Below are positions 13,728 through 27,619 of a stretch of 64,000 nucleotides of DNA, piece after piece. Below the pieces are notes generated by a model, which saw only the letters and a program-made list of their open reading frames with translations, did no database searches and had not been told where the DNA came from. The position numbers were made by a program, and so were the translations under genes. Position 1 is the first letter of the stretch. Each line of letters starts with the position of its first letter. This DNA comes from Octopus vulgaris (Eukaryota), in the NCBI GenBank assembly GCA_951406725.2, contig OX597828.1:58838001-58902000 (forward strand), written 5' to 3'.

Positions 13728-13911
13728 GTACTTATTTTATCAATCCTGGTAGTATTTGAATTCAGAAAAAAGTATTTTATCTGAAATGCAAATAATTCTA
13801 CCAGCTCACTGCCTTAATTATAGATTTGAAATAACGGCAAAATTCTTTAAGTGATATATGCTAAAAAACCCATATATATGCTGAGATACACTTACATTTA
13901 TATTGGTTAAA

Positions 13912-14480
13912 TATTGGGTTGTCCGAAAGTTCGTGCCGATTTATAGCAGCTTATCTTTCGACTTATTTTAGAACATGGTTGAGTCCATAAAATAGGATTT
14001 GACTACATCTCCATTTAGAGTACAGTTTAAGCTATCTTTTCATAAAAGAAGGTTTATGTTCCTATAACCTGTGTTAATTTTGTACCCCTTTAAAATGGAA
14101 GATAAGAAAGTTCATTTTCAGCACTTGATGCTTTGGGAACCAGACAAAAATTGCTGCAGCTCGGCTGGGATGTGTTACCCCACCCTCCATATTAACCAGA
14201 TATTGCTCCTTTGGATTTCCACTTATTCAGGTCTCTGCAGAATAGTCTTAATGGTAAAAATTTCAATTCGTTGGATGATGTAAAAAGATACCTTGATGAA
14301 TTCTTTGCCATGAAACCACTTCGAATCTAGGAAGAGGGTATTTTCAAGTTAAAGGAAAGATGGAGACGCATTGTGCAACAAAATGGTTCATATTTGGTTG
14401 ATTAAAAATGTAATGGCAAGTATTTATTGACCTTTTTCTTTCCTTCAAAAATCGGCACAAACTTTCCAGACAACCCAATA
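13912..14480 (+). mobile_element. Internally deleted mariner
   Basis: TA + TIR ttgggttgtccgaaagttcgtgccgattt / aaatcggcacaaactttccagacaacccaa + TA; MEDKKVHFQHLMLWE, then LGWDVLPHPPY*PDIAPLDFHLFRSLQN. Confidence 0.9.
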
Positions 14481-15070
14481 AAATATACTTCGTAATGGTT
14501 TTATAGAATTGAAAATCAAAAATTAAAAAAAAAGTATAACAAAAAATAAATAGTAATGTTAAAAAGTACTGGAATAAGGCAAATCTTTTATCTTTTTTTA
14601 ATCTCTAACCAATTTCTATTGTTCAGGCTATATTCTATATTCCAAATTAGTCTGTTTCTGAAAATGGTGAAAATATATTTATTATTGTATACAACACCTG
14701 TAGGAAAGTTACCTACAATAACCAATTACTTAATCCCTACTGCAACACATGCAAACATCCATCTGGAAATTAAAGGATGCTTCTATGCATTCCACTGCAT
14801 GCCAACTCTCTCTCACCCACTTCCAGTTTCCAGTTTTGACAGGGTTTTCTGGTCCTTTGCCAGTTTCTAGTAACCTTCCCAAATCCCCTTTGTTGCATGC
14901 AAAAATGGCTCTGTTAGCAGAACTCTTGCTACTAAAGTCATAGCATTTACTGTGTAATTTGTTTGAGGTACCTAATATTTAAAACAGAAAATTGGCTTTA
15001 TACTTTGAAGATCAATATTGTCTACAACAGATTTGCTAATTTAATGGGAGTTTTTTTCTGTCTTTTTCAG

Positions 15071-15440
15071 CTATGAAGTAAACAAAACGGAAAATTTTGG
15101 CTTAAGTCTTCCAAAAGGATTTGACTTTAGAAGTGTGGCTTTCAGCTTAGAATGTAATTTTCAGAAAATACCTTTGAAAGAAATAATATGGAAAAACCTT
15201 GTTTGGGTTGCTGGAGGTGCAAACCTTGGACGTTATGATGTCTTAACAAGATTCTGTGATGACAACATTAGTAGTGTTAAAAGGGCTTTGAACCAAAACT
15301 TGATGAGTACTGACCAACAAATTATATATGCTATGAGTGTCTATAGAAGTTGGTCATCAACGACTTTACAGCTTTGCCATGCAGGTTGGTTTTGCTTAGG
15401 ATATTTAGCAAAAGATGCATGGGAACAACAACACAAATAA
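15071..15440 (+). CDS. HtrL/YibB-like protein, last coding exon
   Basis: tttttcag acceptor in matching phase (CG|C = Arg); WVAGGANLG, LMSTDQQIIY, WFCLGY; TAA at 15438-40. Confidence 0.8.
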
Positions 15441-15747
15441 TCATGTGATAACTGCTGATTTTTTTTTTACTGATTATCATTTTTGTGAATAACATTTAAA
15501 TTTCATGAACAACATTTATTTTTGTAAAAAAAGAAAATATTCAGTTCTGTAAACAGTATTCCTACTAAATATCAGCAGACTTTTAGAATGTTTCTTGGGC
15601 ACAGGTATGGGCATGGGGTTCAGAAGCTCACTTTACAGCCATGTGGTTTCAGCTTCAGTCCGACTGCATGACATATATCTACTATAGCCCCAGGTCAACC
15701 AATGCCTTATTATCGAGTCTAATAGGAAAACTTGTGTCGAAGCCTGT

Positions 15748-15817
<70 letters not shown>

Positions 15818-15843
15818 TACATATATATATACATACATATATA

Positions 15844-15967
<124 letters not shown>

Positions 15968-15994
15968 GTATATATATATACATATATATATGTG

Positions 15995-16104
15995 TGTATA
16001 AAAAATAGAAAAGAGTGAAAAAACTACAGAAAGCTTGTTTTATAAGGTTAACCTTATAAAACCAGCCTTCTGTAGTTTTTTCAATCTTTTCTATTTTTTA
16101 TACA
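15995..16104. repeat. Fold-back palindrome (centre 16050/16051) between (TA)n and a PLE fragment
   Basis: tgtataaaaaatagaaaag...ataaggtt|aaccttat...cttttctattttttataca. Confidence 0.85.
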
Positions 16105-16319
16105 TCCAACAACGTGCTTTCACACATCAACCACCCCATAACAGCACAAAATAACACTAGAATAAGAAACACACCACACACAAGTCACTACTACCCCATG
16201 ACCCAGAATTACTTGTCACCACCGAACACAAGACAAACACAAAATAACACTAAGTCAAGCAACATCCCACATACAAGCAATTCGAAGCAAAAATATATCA
16301 CATACAGAAAATTTCCACA

Positions 16320-16930
16320 CAAAGTGAAATATCTAAGATCAAATCAAATTTCACCTGTGCCTCGGAAAATCTTATCTATGCCATTACATGCTTAGGGTGT
16401 GGTAATAATTATATTGGCCAAACAGGAATATTACTCCGTCGAAGAACCACTCTCCACAAAGAACAAATCCGCCACTCACAATACTGACAGATACAGGTTA
16501 GTGAAGACATAGAAATGTGTGCTAGGAATCTTATTCCTAATTTCCTAATTTTCCCCTTCTATCAATGTTCACAGAACACCTCAGTACAACAAAGAATGAA
16601 TAAAGAGGCAACTTTTATCAATAAATATCTTCCACAACTCAATATGAACACATAACATAATACAGAACACTACTAGCCTTTCAATTAATACCACTAACCC
16701 CCATACATCCCATACACCATTTACATTGCAGGTCTATATCTATCCTAATTGCACCAAATCCAGAACTACTTACCTCCCTTACACATACTAGTTTTACTCA
16801 GGGACTAGTAGACCTGATACCGTTCATTAATCGGTGTGCATTCAAAGCAATGATTAGTTAATTCACGAAACCGGTATGCCTGTGTGTTTAAACTTCAAGT
16901 ATTTTGAGTTCTCTGGAAGACCCTTTTTAA
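16320..16930 (+). mobile_element. Penelope-like element 3' fragment (GIY-YIG + pLTR)
   Basis: IKSNFTCASENLIYAITCLGCGNNYIGQTG...IFPFYQCSQNT...INKYLPQLN; homologous to 60343-60771. Confidence 0.85.
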
Positions 16931-17189
16931 AGTAGAAGAAATGGCTAAGATTTTGGCTGCTATTTCTGAACTTCGGTATGCGGCGACGCAATTCTTTTGC
17001 CGAACCCTTTTTATTAGTATTACTAAAATTTACCGTGTTAGCGGCCCTGTTTTCATATCGAATCCTACTTGGTGAAATTTATATGATTACTTCTTAATTA
17101 ATTAATTTTACCCTTTGTTATTATATATATATACACGTTTATATATTTGTTGTGCAAGATTTTTATGTGAAGACGTGTGTTGAAACAGA

Positions 17190-17650
17190 TATTGTTATAT
17201 TTCGGAATGGTCATTTTGCCAGTTTAGCCAATAAAAACACACGCACTATATATTTGGTGTTGTTTTGCTTCAGTGTTATTTATTTTTTACATTAATCTTA
17301 ATCTTATTTCGGCCAGAGTTCTTTCGTCACACTCCTGTGACCGCATCAGTGGTCCTTTGTTTTCTTCTTTCTTATTTGTGTCTCTCCTTATTAACCGTCA
17401 GCCATTTTGTATTTCTATTGTATGTCTTCATTTGCGCATGCTTATATCTCTATGTGCGTCTATGTTTATTTAGTGTGTGTGTGTGGGGTGCCTGTAATAT
17501 TTGTATCTTCTGTTTATATACGTTCATGTAATTTGTTTCTGTTGTTGTTTTTGTTTATTCTTATTTTGTTCATGTGTTTACATCCACTTATTATTATCAA
17601 TACATATGCTTGTATGTATGTATAACAACAATACTAGTAATAATAATAAT
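17190..17650 (-). mobile_element. Non-coding element with hammerhead-like motif (copy of 57463-57918)
   Basis: Near-identical reverse complement of 57463-57918. Confidence 0.85.
17311..17355 (-). ncRNA. Type I hammerhead ribozyme, variant core
   Basis: GGACCA-CTGATGCG-GTCACA ggag TGTGAC-GAAA-G aa C-TC-TGGCC. Confidence 0.6.
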
Positions 17651-18199
17651 AAATCGGAAAAAATATAGTTATTTATTTCTATTAGTTTATTTATCTGTGT
17701 ATTTATTATGTTTTCGGGATCCTCTACCGTCATATGTTGTGGTGTGTGTTAGTGCTCCATTCTACTTTTCTATTCAGGCTAGGTTTATTTTCTATTATGT
17801 GTGTAGCTTCTGTAATTTGTCTGATTGTTACATCTGTTCTATCTGTGGACAGTATTTTAATTTCTATGTTGTTGATTGATCCCCCGTGTTCCTGTTCGAC
17901 GTGTTGGTATAGAATCGATGAGCTTTTACCTTCCTTGAGTTCTCTCCAATGTCATTTACCCGGTCTCCTATGCTTCTTGCCGTTTCCCCTACGTTTGTCG
18001 TTGTCTTGTTATTGCATCGTCCCTCTATACATCTTATACTATAGACTACATTTCTAGCTTTACAGTTTATTTGTGGGCTAAATCTACATACAGTACAGTA
18101 CAGTATATATTCTTTTTCTCATTTCATAATATGTAATCTCCCACACTTTATGCCTGTTTTTGTATTGTCCGCCTCATCCTTTGCCCCGGTGGAAAATAG

Positions 18200-18380
<181 letters not shown>

Positions 18381-18553
18381 TTATGGTGTGAAAATGCTTT
18401 GCCATAATTCTACTGGCTCTTTTACGTCCCGACCAATTCCCGACGATGTCAATGGCCAAGCACAGGAGTCACTGACACCGACTGTTTTTCTCCTTGCCCA
18501 AACTGTTTGCTTTGTACCCGAGTCAGCCCTATTGTTAAAAAGATAATAAATAT

Positions 18554-18809
18554 AACGTAAAGTATACTAGCCATCTCAATATGGCTAACCACTAAGGGTG
18601 GGTGTTACTGTAGCTTTTAGCCCCAGGAGATCATCGTCTCCAGCTGGCTTTAGGCACACTTTCTGTGCCCTTATGATATTTGCAAAGGGGGGGGGGACAG
18701 AAAGTGTGCCTAAAGCCAGCTGGAGACGATGATCTTCTGGGGCTAAAAGCTACAGTAACACCCACCCTTAGTGGTTAGCCATATTGAGATGGCTAGTATA
18801 CTTTACGTT
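18554..18809. repeat. Near-perfect inverted repeat (113-bp arms, 30-bp spacer)
   Basis: 18554-18666 vs 18697-18809; one mismatch seen. Confidence 0.9.
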
Positions 18810-19204
18810 GTCGAGCAGTTACTGTTTACATCTCGTTCAGAGATTTATTATTGATATATTTCTCACCATATACATAAACCCTTATCATAGACGTATGTTG
18901 CCCCAAACATCAATATAAATCTTCTCTCCTAGCGTTTATTGAACAAAGGAAAGTTGACATAGTTCGATCAGGATCGATTTAAGTTTAACAAAACCAAAAC
19001 GTTGTTGTTGATGTCGTTGTTGTTATTGATTATCATCAAGCCATTTGCCATTGATCTGATTTGGCAGTGAGCGCATGTCAACAACGTCTAAGTTTTCGTT
19101 TCTTTCCAAACATTGTAGGTTTCTGAATAAACAGAAATACCCAATAAAATGAACAGGTACCACCTTACTGCTTCTTTGGTCTCATCATTGATTGCATATT
19201 CTCT

Positions 19205-19440
19205 TTGATTCTTTTAGTTGTTTCACTCACTTGACTGCGGCCATGCTGGAGCACCGCATTTAGTTGAGCAAATCGACCCCGGGACTTATTCTTTGTAAGC
19301 CTAGTACTTATTCTATCGGTCTCGTTAGCCGAACCGCTAAGTGACGGGGACATAAACACACCACCATCGGTTGTCAAGCGATGTTGGGGGGGGGGGGATA
19401 AACACAGACACACAAACATATACACACAAACATATACACA
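19205..19440 (-). mobile_element. SINE family B, 3' half
   Basis: gactgcggccatgctggagcaccgc...gccgaaccgctaagt; same family at 23715, 26185, 35470, 43965. Confidence 0.85.
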
Positions 19441-20032
19441 CACATACATACATATATATATATATATGAGAATCACCCAGCGAACGCCCACCATGGTTCA
19501 TCACAATTGCTCAAGGTAAAAATGAATTCCTCGCTCTTTCGGGAACAACAATCTTCTGTATTGACTACTCTCCACCACTTTGATCTGTTTTTTTTGTATT
19601 GAATACGTATCGCCACCGTGGGCCACTGCATCGAACACTTTGAACATATAGCATGAATGAACTCACTTCAAACTATATTTGAACTTTAAGATGTCTGACT
19701 CCGTTGTATATTGTAAATGAATTTCTTGTGTTTGACGGCATGAGCTGTCTTTTTTTATATATAACTTTTTTTGATAAGGTTCATTTCAGGAACTGAAACA
19801 TGTTATAATGTATATATAAAAATTAAAAATTGTATAATATAGCAGCATTTTCGAACTTCATTTTTTACAAATATATATATATATATTTGAGTAGTTGAAT
19901 GAATTATCTTATTAAGGATAATTCGAATTAACCGATACCTGGGTAGCAAATTCACATCAGAACACGGTTGAAGTTACGTGCCTAGGGCATGGATTACGTG
20001 CATTCGTGTGGAATTTGTATGTTTATTTAAAA

Positions 20033-20472
20033 AAATATAAATATATGAAAGAATGGAGCTGAACGACGAATTAACAAAATTCCTTTATTTTCGACATATG
20101 TTTCGAAGGCTGCATATTCCTAATTGCGAAGGAATAAGGAGTATATTATGCCGCTTTCTCATCAGGAAAAGCAAGGAACTTATGTCAACATCAAAATGCA
20201 CAAAAAACTTTTAGATGATTGCTCACACGGAGCCCATAGTGGTAATGAGTGTCCCTTTAAAATATTCCTTTATAAGGAGTGACGTCAAAGTGGTTGAAAG
20301 TAGAGGAATCTAGAAGGTTCTAAAGATTCAAGGGTTCAAACGAAGTTGGAGGAGAGAGGCAAAAGAATAGGAAGGTGAAAGGGTGCAGGTCATATGAGTG
20401 GTGGATTTTGTTAATTTCTTTTGTGAATGAGTGCCTGTGTCGTTCAGCTCCATTCTTTCATATATTTATATT

Positions 20473-20473
<1 letters not shown>
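20033..20473 (-). mobile_element. Hammerhead-bearing short element with ~35-bp terminal inverted repeats
   Basis: aaatataaatatatgaaagaatggagctgaacgac (20033-67) vs gtcgttcagctccattctttcatatatttatattt (from ~20438); followed by (TA)n. Confidence 0.7.
20088..20170 (-). ncRNA. Type I hammerhead ribozyme, canonical core
   Basis: TTTTC-CTGATGA-GAAAGCGGCATA...TATGCAGCCTTC-GAAAC-ATAT-GTC-GAAAA: stem I TTTTC/GAAAA, long imperfect stem II, stem III AC/GT, GUC cleavage triplet. Confidence 0.8.
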
Positions 20474-20558
<85 letters not shown>

Positions 20559-20676
20559 TACGACGGGCTTGTGTCAGTTTCCGTCTACCAAATCCACTCA
20601 CAAGGCTTTGGTCGGCCCGGGGCTATAGTAGAAGACACTTGCCCAAGGTGCCACGCAGTGGGACTGAACCCAGAAC
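20559..20676 (-). mobile_element. SINE family B fragment
   Basis: tacgacgggctt...gacacttgcccaaggtgccacgcagtgggactgaacc. Confidence 0.85.
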
Positions 20677-20699
20677 ATGCATGTTTTTATTTTTAAAAT

Positions 20700-20990
20700 T
20701 TGTGAGACGACTGTTGTTATCGTTAGGCCTAACTCATCGTAAAGTCAATACCACCATGACCGATATCCAATCTACAGTGGAGAAGGCTAGCCACTGGATT
20801 TGGTTAAAAAGAGACGATGAGCGATGGCTAGAAGAATATTGAGCTTTATTTGATAACCAGCTGATCTAGCAAGCGAGGCCTCATATCAGTGCTCATTGGT
20901 GCCGTTGAGAGGTAGGCCCCGAAATGGCGCGCATTCTCTCCTGATGACCCCATACACTTGCTGGTTTCCGGTATGCGGAGTTCTTGACTG
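20700..20990 (+). mobile_element. 3' end of an RLE-type (Hero/NeSL-like) non-LTR retrotransposon
   Basis: VRRLLLSLGL...TVEKASHWIWLKRDDERW* resembles Hero-clade C-termini. Confidence 0.55.
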
Positions 20991-21379
20991 GTATCACTTG
21001 CATGTGCAAGTTGTTTGCAAGACATATATTTGTCTGCATGTGTTTACTTAATGCGTATTTCGGTTTTATGATTACTTGTCATGTATTTGTATACATCATT
21101 AATATATGTGCATGTGTGTGTGTGCATGTGTGTGTGTGTGTGTGTGTCTCTAAAACTTCAAAGTTGAGGAACGTTTTCATACTTGGATTTATAAACTACG
21201 ATAAGAATAACACTGGTCAACAAACAATTTGTCCGAAGGAAAAGAATACCTGTACCTTATATGTTTTTGTATGCAGAATTAAAAATAATGTCAAATTTTC
21301 TGTACTAAGTTCACATATTCCACTCATCTTCATAATGCCAAGAAACTGTATAAAGATTGCAAACAACTTTTGATATATA

Positions 21380-21923
21380 TGAAAAATATGTAAAATATTA
21401 AGACAATTGGCGAAAAATATCTATAATAGAATTCTTGTTGATAAATATAAATTTTTATTAAAACAAAATACGCGGGTGAAGTAAATCTGGTGGTGTGCGG
21501 GTGGAACACAACACAATGTGCGGTTGTCATGGTAACTTTTGCTGTTTATGAAAAATGGATCTCGTCCTTTTCATTCGCAAAATGAGTCCCCTTTAATTTT
21601 GTTCAGATTGCTTTAAATTTTGGTGTATCGATGCAACTCTGAATTTTGATTACGATCAACCAATTACTTTATCTCGCAAATTAAACAATCTGATGCTATT
21701 TGGAATTAAAGTTGGGAAATTTTGATAATTTTAGCCAATCAACAGACAGTGAGGCATTAACAGTTTGTTACCATGACAACCGCACATTGTGTTATGTCCC
21801 TCCCGCACACCACAGGATTTACTTCACCAGCGTGTTTTGTTTTAATAAAAATTTACATTTATCAACAAGAATTCTATTATAGATATTTTTCGCCAATTGT
21901 CTTAATATTTTACATATTTTTCA
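21380..21923. mobile_element. MITE with ~155-bp terminal inverted repeats
   Basis: 21380-21536 is reverse-complementary to 21767-21923. Confidence 0.85.
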
Positions 21924-22131
21924 GGATCTAGTTTTTTTTCCTTCGCGAATGAACCTAGACAACCGATACTGGTGTGTTTATGCCTCCGTAAATGAGCGGT
22001 TCGACAAGAGAGATCAATCGAGAAAATGCTAGGCTTACAAAAAATAAGTCCTGGGGTCGAATTCTTTGACTAAAAACCTTTTATGGCAGTGCTTTATCCT
22101 GAAACAAGTAAAAGAATAACAGAATAAATAA

Positions 22132-22278
<147 letters not shown>

Positions 22279-22743
22279 GAATGAGGGGAAAGGAAAATGG
22301 AGGTAGCAAGGATCTTTACTCAACATAACGATCGTTTCGACCTGTCCAGTACATGACCCTTAGGTCTTGTAACACTTATATCCTAAATGTGGATGACACC
22401 AGGTAGCCGAAACCGTGAAAAATCGGCATAACCGTATAGCCAAGGTCCAAATAATCATATATTGATATATGTATATATAAAAACACACACAAACACACTC
22501 ACACGCACGCACGCACGCACGCACGCACGGACACACACACACACATATATATGCATATGCACATTTCAACATATTCAAACATGATTACGTGTAAGACTGA
22601 AAAGAAAGAACAACTCTTGCGCAACAGCGACACCAGTTCACTAAGACAATGAAACACGAGCGCACGCGTGCGCGCACACACATACATACATACATACATA
22701 CATACATACAAGCATATATATATATACATATATATATATATAC

Positions 22744-22843
<100 letters not shown>

Positions 22844-23138
22844 ATATATATAGGTATGAGATCCAGAGATTCTCGGTATAGGAAACACTTGGTAGCGCTC
22901 AAATTGTTCGAACTTAGACTCCAATGTCTTTACGAGGGACCAATTCTGCAGAGTAAGGAGTGACTATAAGAGGAATCCAGGTGAGCATTATTATCCGCAT
23001 AATTGTCCCTATACACGCATATGTATATACGCCGATCCTTACACACACACAAACACACTCACACACACACACACATACACACACTCACACGTACACATAC
23101 ACACACACACACACGCATACACACATATAAGATAGAAA

Positions 23139-23370
23139 GGCGGCGAGCTGGCAGAAACGTTAGCACGACGGGCGAAATGCTAAGCGGTATTTCGTCTGCC
23201 GCTACGTTCTGAGTTCAACTTCCGCCGAGGTCGACTTTGTCTTTCATCCTTTCGGGGTCGATTAAATAAGTACCAGCTACGCACTGGGGTCAATGTAATC
23301 AACTTAATCCCTTTGTCTGTCCTTGTTTGTTTCCCCTATGTTTAGCCCCTTGTGGGCAATAAAGAAATAG
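23139..23370 (+). mobile_element. SINE family A
   Basis: Co-linear with 12842/13496. Confidence 0.85.
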
Positions 23371-23647
23371 AAAGTATAGTGGGTGATTACACTTGGTTGA
23401 GTATATAAGCAAAGAAATAAAATGAAAAACACAGATTTGTTTTACAAGGCTAAAGAATATATTAAAATCATCAAAATCTTATTTTGTATAATACTTTTGC
23501 TATGATGATTCTAAGATATTCTTTGGTCTTGTAAAACACATCTTCTGTGTTTTTTTCATCTTATTTCTTCTTTACACACACACACACAGACACACAGACA
23601 CAGACACACAGACACACACACATACACAGACACACACACACACACAC

Positions 23648-23700
<53 letters not shown>

Positions 23701-23714
23701 CTCTCTCTCTTTTA

Positions 23715-23851
23715 CTCTTTTACTCGTTTAATTGTTTCAGTCATTTGACTGCGGTCATGCTGGAGCACCGCCTTTAGTCGAGCAAATCGACCCCAGGACT
23801 TATTCTTTGAAAGCCTAGTACTTATTCTATCGGTATCTTTTGCTAAGTTAT

Positions 23852-23882
<31 letters not shown>

Positions 23883-24035
23883 CGACGGGCTTCTTTTCAT
23901 TTTCCGTCTACTAAATCAGCTCACAAGGCTTTGGTCGGCCCAAGGCTATAGTTGCCCAAGGTGTCACACAGTGGGACTGAACCCGGAACCATGTGGTTGG
24001 TAAGCAAGCTACTTACCACACTGCCACTCCTGCGT
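23715..24035 (-). mobile_element. SINE family B (internally deleted)
   Basis: tRNA-like head cgcaggagtggcagtgtggtaag...ggttcagtccc on the - strand. Confidence 0.85.
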
Positions 24036-24611
24036 CTAATCAGTATATGACTTAACTTATTAAGCAAAGTTCAGCAAATTCCTTCATATTCATGTAATAG
24101 AGGAGATTAGATGTTAAAATAGTTTTTCTTATTCCTGTTGCCATACAATTGTTTCATACAAATGGACGCAGATATTCAGAAACAGAAAAAGTCGTAATAG
24201 CCATATTTGTACTCGTTAGTAGCTAATAGAAAAACTAAAGAAAGTGAGAGTAGAGAGGCAAGTTTTGTCTAGCGAATGTTTAAAAAAAGATGGGTGAATG
24301 TAGCAAGGAAGGCACGTATGAATGACGCCACCTTGAGCATAATCCTATGAACCCGGAAAATTTAAAACAGAGGGTTACCTACTTGCAAACAAATGTGGTA
24401 ACATGTAACATTATTGACCGAGGTTACCGTGGTCTTTTCCGTAGGCTTTTCTTTCCACGGATAAACCTTATCTGCTTTCCCCTTTACACTTTACATCATG
24501 ACACTGTGATATACGATCCCTATTGATCGTTTTTTTTTCTTCTTTCCCTTTTACGATCCCCCTTTTTTTTTTACAAGATTAGTAAATATAAATGTGGCAT
24601 CTCAAGGCGAC

Positions 24612-24770
24612 TACAGTACCAGTGATTGTAGGATCTCAAGGAATGATAAAAAAAGGTACTGAAACCTATTTGAAAATGATACCAGGCTTACCATCCCTAC
24701 AGGAAGTGCAAAAAATCGTATTAACTGGAACGGCTCATGTACTGAGAAGAGCATTATCGCTGTGAGAACA
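24612..24770 (+). mobile_element. Dong/R4 3' fragment
   Basis: Nucleotide match to 30912-31068 (PVIVG..GMIKK...VQKIVLTGT). Confidence 0.75.
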
Positions 24771-25009
24771 ACATCGCGAACACGTGTTACATGTAAAGCG
24801 GAAACTGGTAGAATGGTTAAGACGCTGGGAAAAATTCTTAGCGGCATTCCGTTCGTCTTCACGTTCTGAGTAGTAAGAGGCTTGTTTCTCAAACACATGG
24901 TTCCGGGTTCAGTCCCACTGTGCAGCACCTTCGGCTAGTGTTTTCTACAGTAGCCTTGGGCCAACCAAAGCCTTGGGAATGGATTTTCTAGACTGAAAGA
25001 AGCCCGTCG

Positions 25010-25056
<47 letters not shown>

Positions 25057-25357
25057 AATGAAAAATTAAAGAAGTGAACTCTTTTCGAGAAACAACAGCG
25101 TAGTGCTCAATTTATTGAACGATTAGATTAAAATATTAATTAAAAAGAGACAAACTTCAAGGTCAATAATACTCCTAAGATTCTTTGGTATTTATTGGAT
25201 TCGTTTGAGAATGTCCTTTTTGGATTATTGTCAACGGTCATCTTATCAATTCGAGACTTTTTGATTTGTCTGTCTGTATTTATGCAATTCTTTATCCAAC
25301 TTTGCTTTGGGCTCGGAATTACACTATTATATGTAATATATATATATATATATATAT

Positions 25358-25501
25358 AGGGAGAGTTTACGAAAAAAAAAAAGATGTAGACAGGTGCTGT
25401 ACAAAACAAACAGATGTATTAGTATAACGCTCAGGAATAGAAAAAGTCTTTTTCTTTTCGAGTCTACGCTCTTCTACAGAAAGGGACACAGAAAAAAACA
25501 A

Positions 25502-25503
<2 letters not shown>
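25358..25503 (-). mobile_element. (TA)n-embedded mini-element with hammerhead-like motif
   Basis: Reverse complement of the 34860-35012 and 44380-44527 family; CTGTAGAA-GAGC gtag ACTC-GAAA. Confidence 0.7.
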
Positions 25504-25535
<32 letters not shown>

Positions 25536-25571
25536 TATATGTTCGCATATTTATAATGGCTGATATATACC

Positions 25572-25788
25572 TATTTCTTTACTATCCACAAGGGGCTAAA
25601 CACAGAGGGAACAAACAAGGACAGACAAGTGGATTAAGTCGATTATATCGACCCCAGTGCGTAACTGATACTTATTTTATCGACTCCGAAAGGATGAAAG
25701 GCAAAGTCGACCTCGGCGGAATTTGAACTCAGAAATACCACAAAGTATTTCGCCCGGCGTGCTAACGTTTCTGCCAGCTCGCCGCCTT
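25572..25788 (-). mobile_element. SINE family A
   Basis: Reverse complement of the 13496 copy. Confidence 0.85.
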
Positions 25789-26375
25789 AAATGGCTGCTA
25801 TATATACCTCCTGGGTTTAGGCGTCGGCTTTGATTGATGGCTGCTGGCGAGACGCTAAGCGCTTAAGTAGTATGTAAATAGGTTACGATAAGAAAAGAAT
25901 AGAGGAAAGCTGTCACCGTAAGAAGCGTGAAACTTACTAAGCCAATTCATTTTTGACACAAAGCACACACACACACACACTTAGGAAGCATATCTTTAAC
26001 GATTCTCTATCGCACAGCAAAAGTTTGCTCACTCGACACTTGTTGACTTTCAGTTAACATTCAGAGTTTGCTTGCAAAATATTTATTGTATTCCTTTTTT
26101 CTTTCTTTTTGTTTGTTTTGCTTTCTTTTTCCGTCTTTCTTCCAGTCATTTTATCTGAGAATTTGGCTCTTTTATTCTTTTAACTTTTTACTTGTTTCAG
26201 TCATTAGACTGCGGCCATGCTGGGGCATCGGCCTTGAAGAATTTTTAGTCGAATGGAATTGACCCCAGTACTCATTTTTTTTAAAAAACCTGATACTTAT
26301 TCAATCGATCTCTTTTGGCGAACCGCTAAGTGTTACGGGTATGTAAACACCCGTTTTCAAGCGGTGGCAGGGACG

Positions 26376-26439
<64 letters not shown>

Positions 26440-26670
26440 ACACACACATACACACACACACATACACACACACACACACATTAAAGTATTAATTAGACAA
26501 AGACAAATTCCAAGGTCAAATAATACTCTCTCATCAAAGCCAACACACGCCTAAACGTAGAGGGTATATGTAAGCCATTATAAATATGTGAACATATACA
26601 CATATATATAAATATATATATAAATATAAATATAAATATAAATATAAATATAAATATAAATATATATACA

Positions 26671-27131
<461 letters not shown>

Positions 27132-27539
27132 TAATAGTGTAATTCTGTGCCCAAATCACTTCTTACGGCTGTACTCGGCTCTGAACTGTCTCTTTTACTT
27201 CAGTCGGGTCCCAACTTTTTCAGCTCTGCTTTAGCATCGTGTCTGCAGCTGTTTTCCCTTCGGAATTTACTGCATCATGTCATGTTTAATGTATTTTTTT
27301 AAAGCCTTAGTTCGGTCCATCGTTCTCAAATTAACTGACTCTAAGGCCCCATATTGTCAATATAGGCGCATTGTAAAAATCGGATTGACGTGGAACTGCA
27401 CGCATATTGCGTAAAGTACTGTCAGTCTGAGGTCCTTGATGTGAATTGACAGACAGTACAAAACCCCGGTAGACACAATATCTGGAATCAACAACATCAC
27501 AATATTGGATACTATGCGACGCCTTCAATAATAATAATA

Positions 27540-27598
<59 letters not shown>

Positions 27599-27619
27599 AA
27601 TAATAATAATAATAATAAT

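Noticed and set aside
19895-19970. Hammerhead-like CTGATGT-GAATTT..AAATTC-GAAT on the - strand
   Set aside because: Two core mismatches and no clean stem I; too weak to call
22325-22420. GAAAC-GATC-GTT (-) and GGATGA..GAAAC (+) motifs near (TA)n
   Set aside because: No recognisable CUGANGA core with matching stem I
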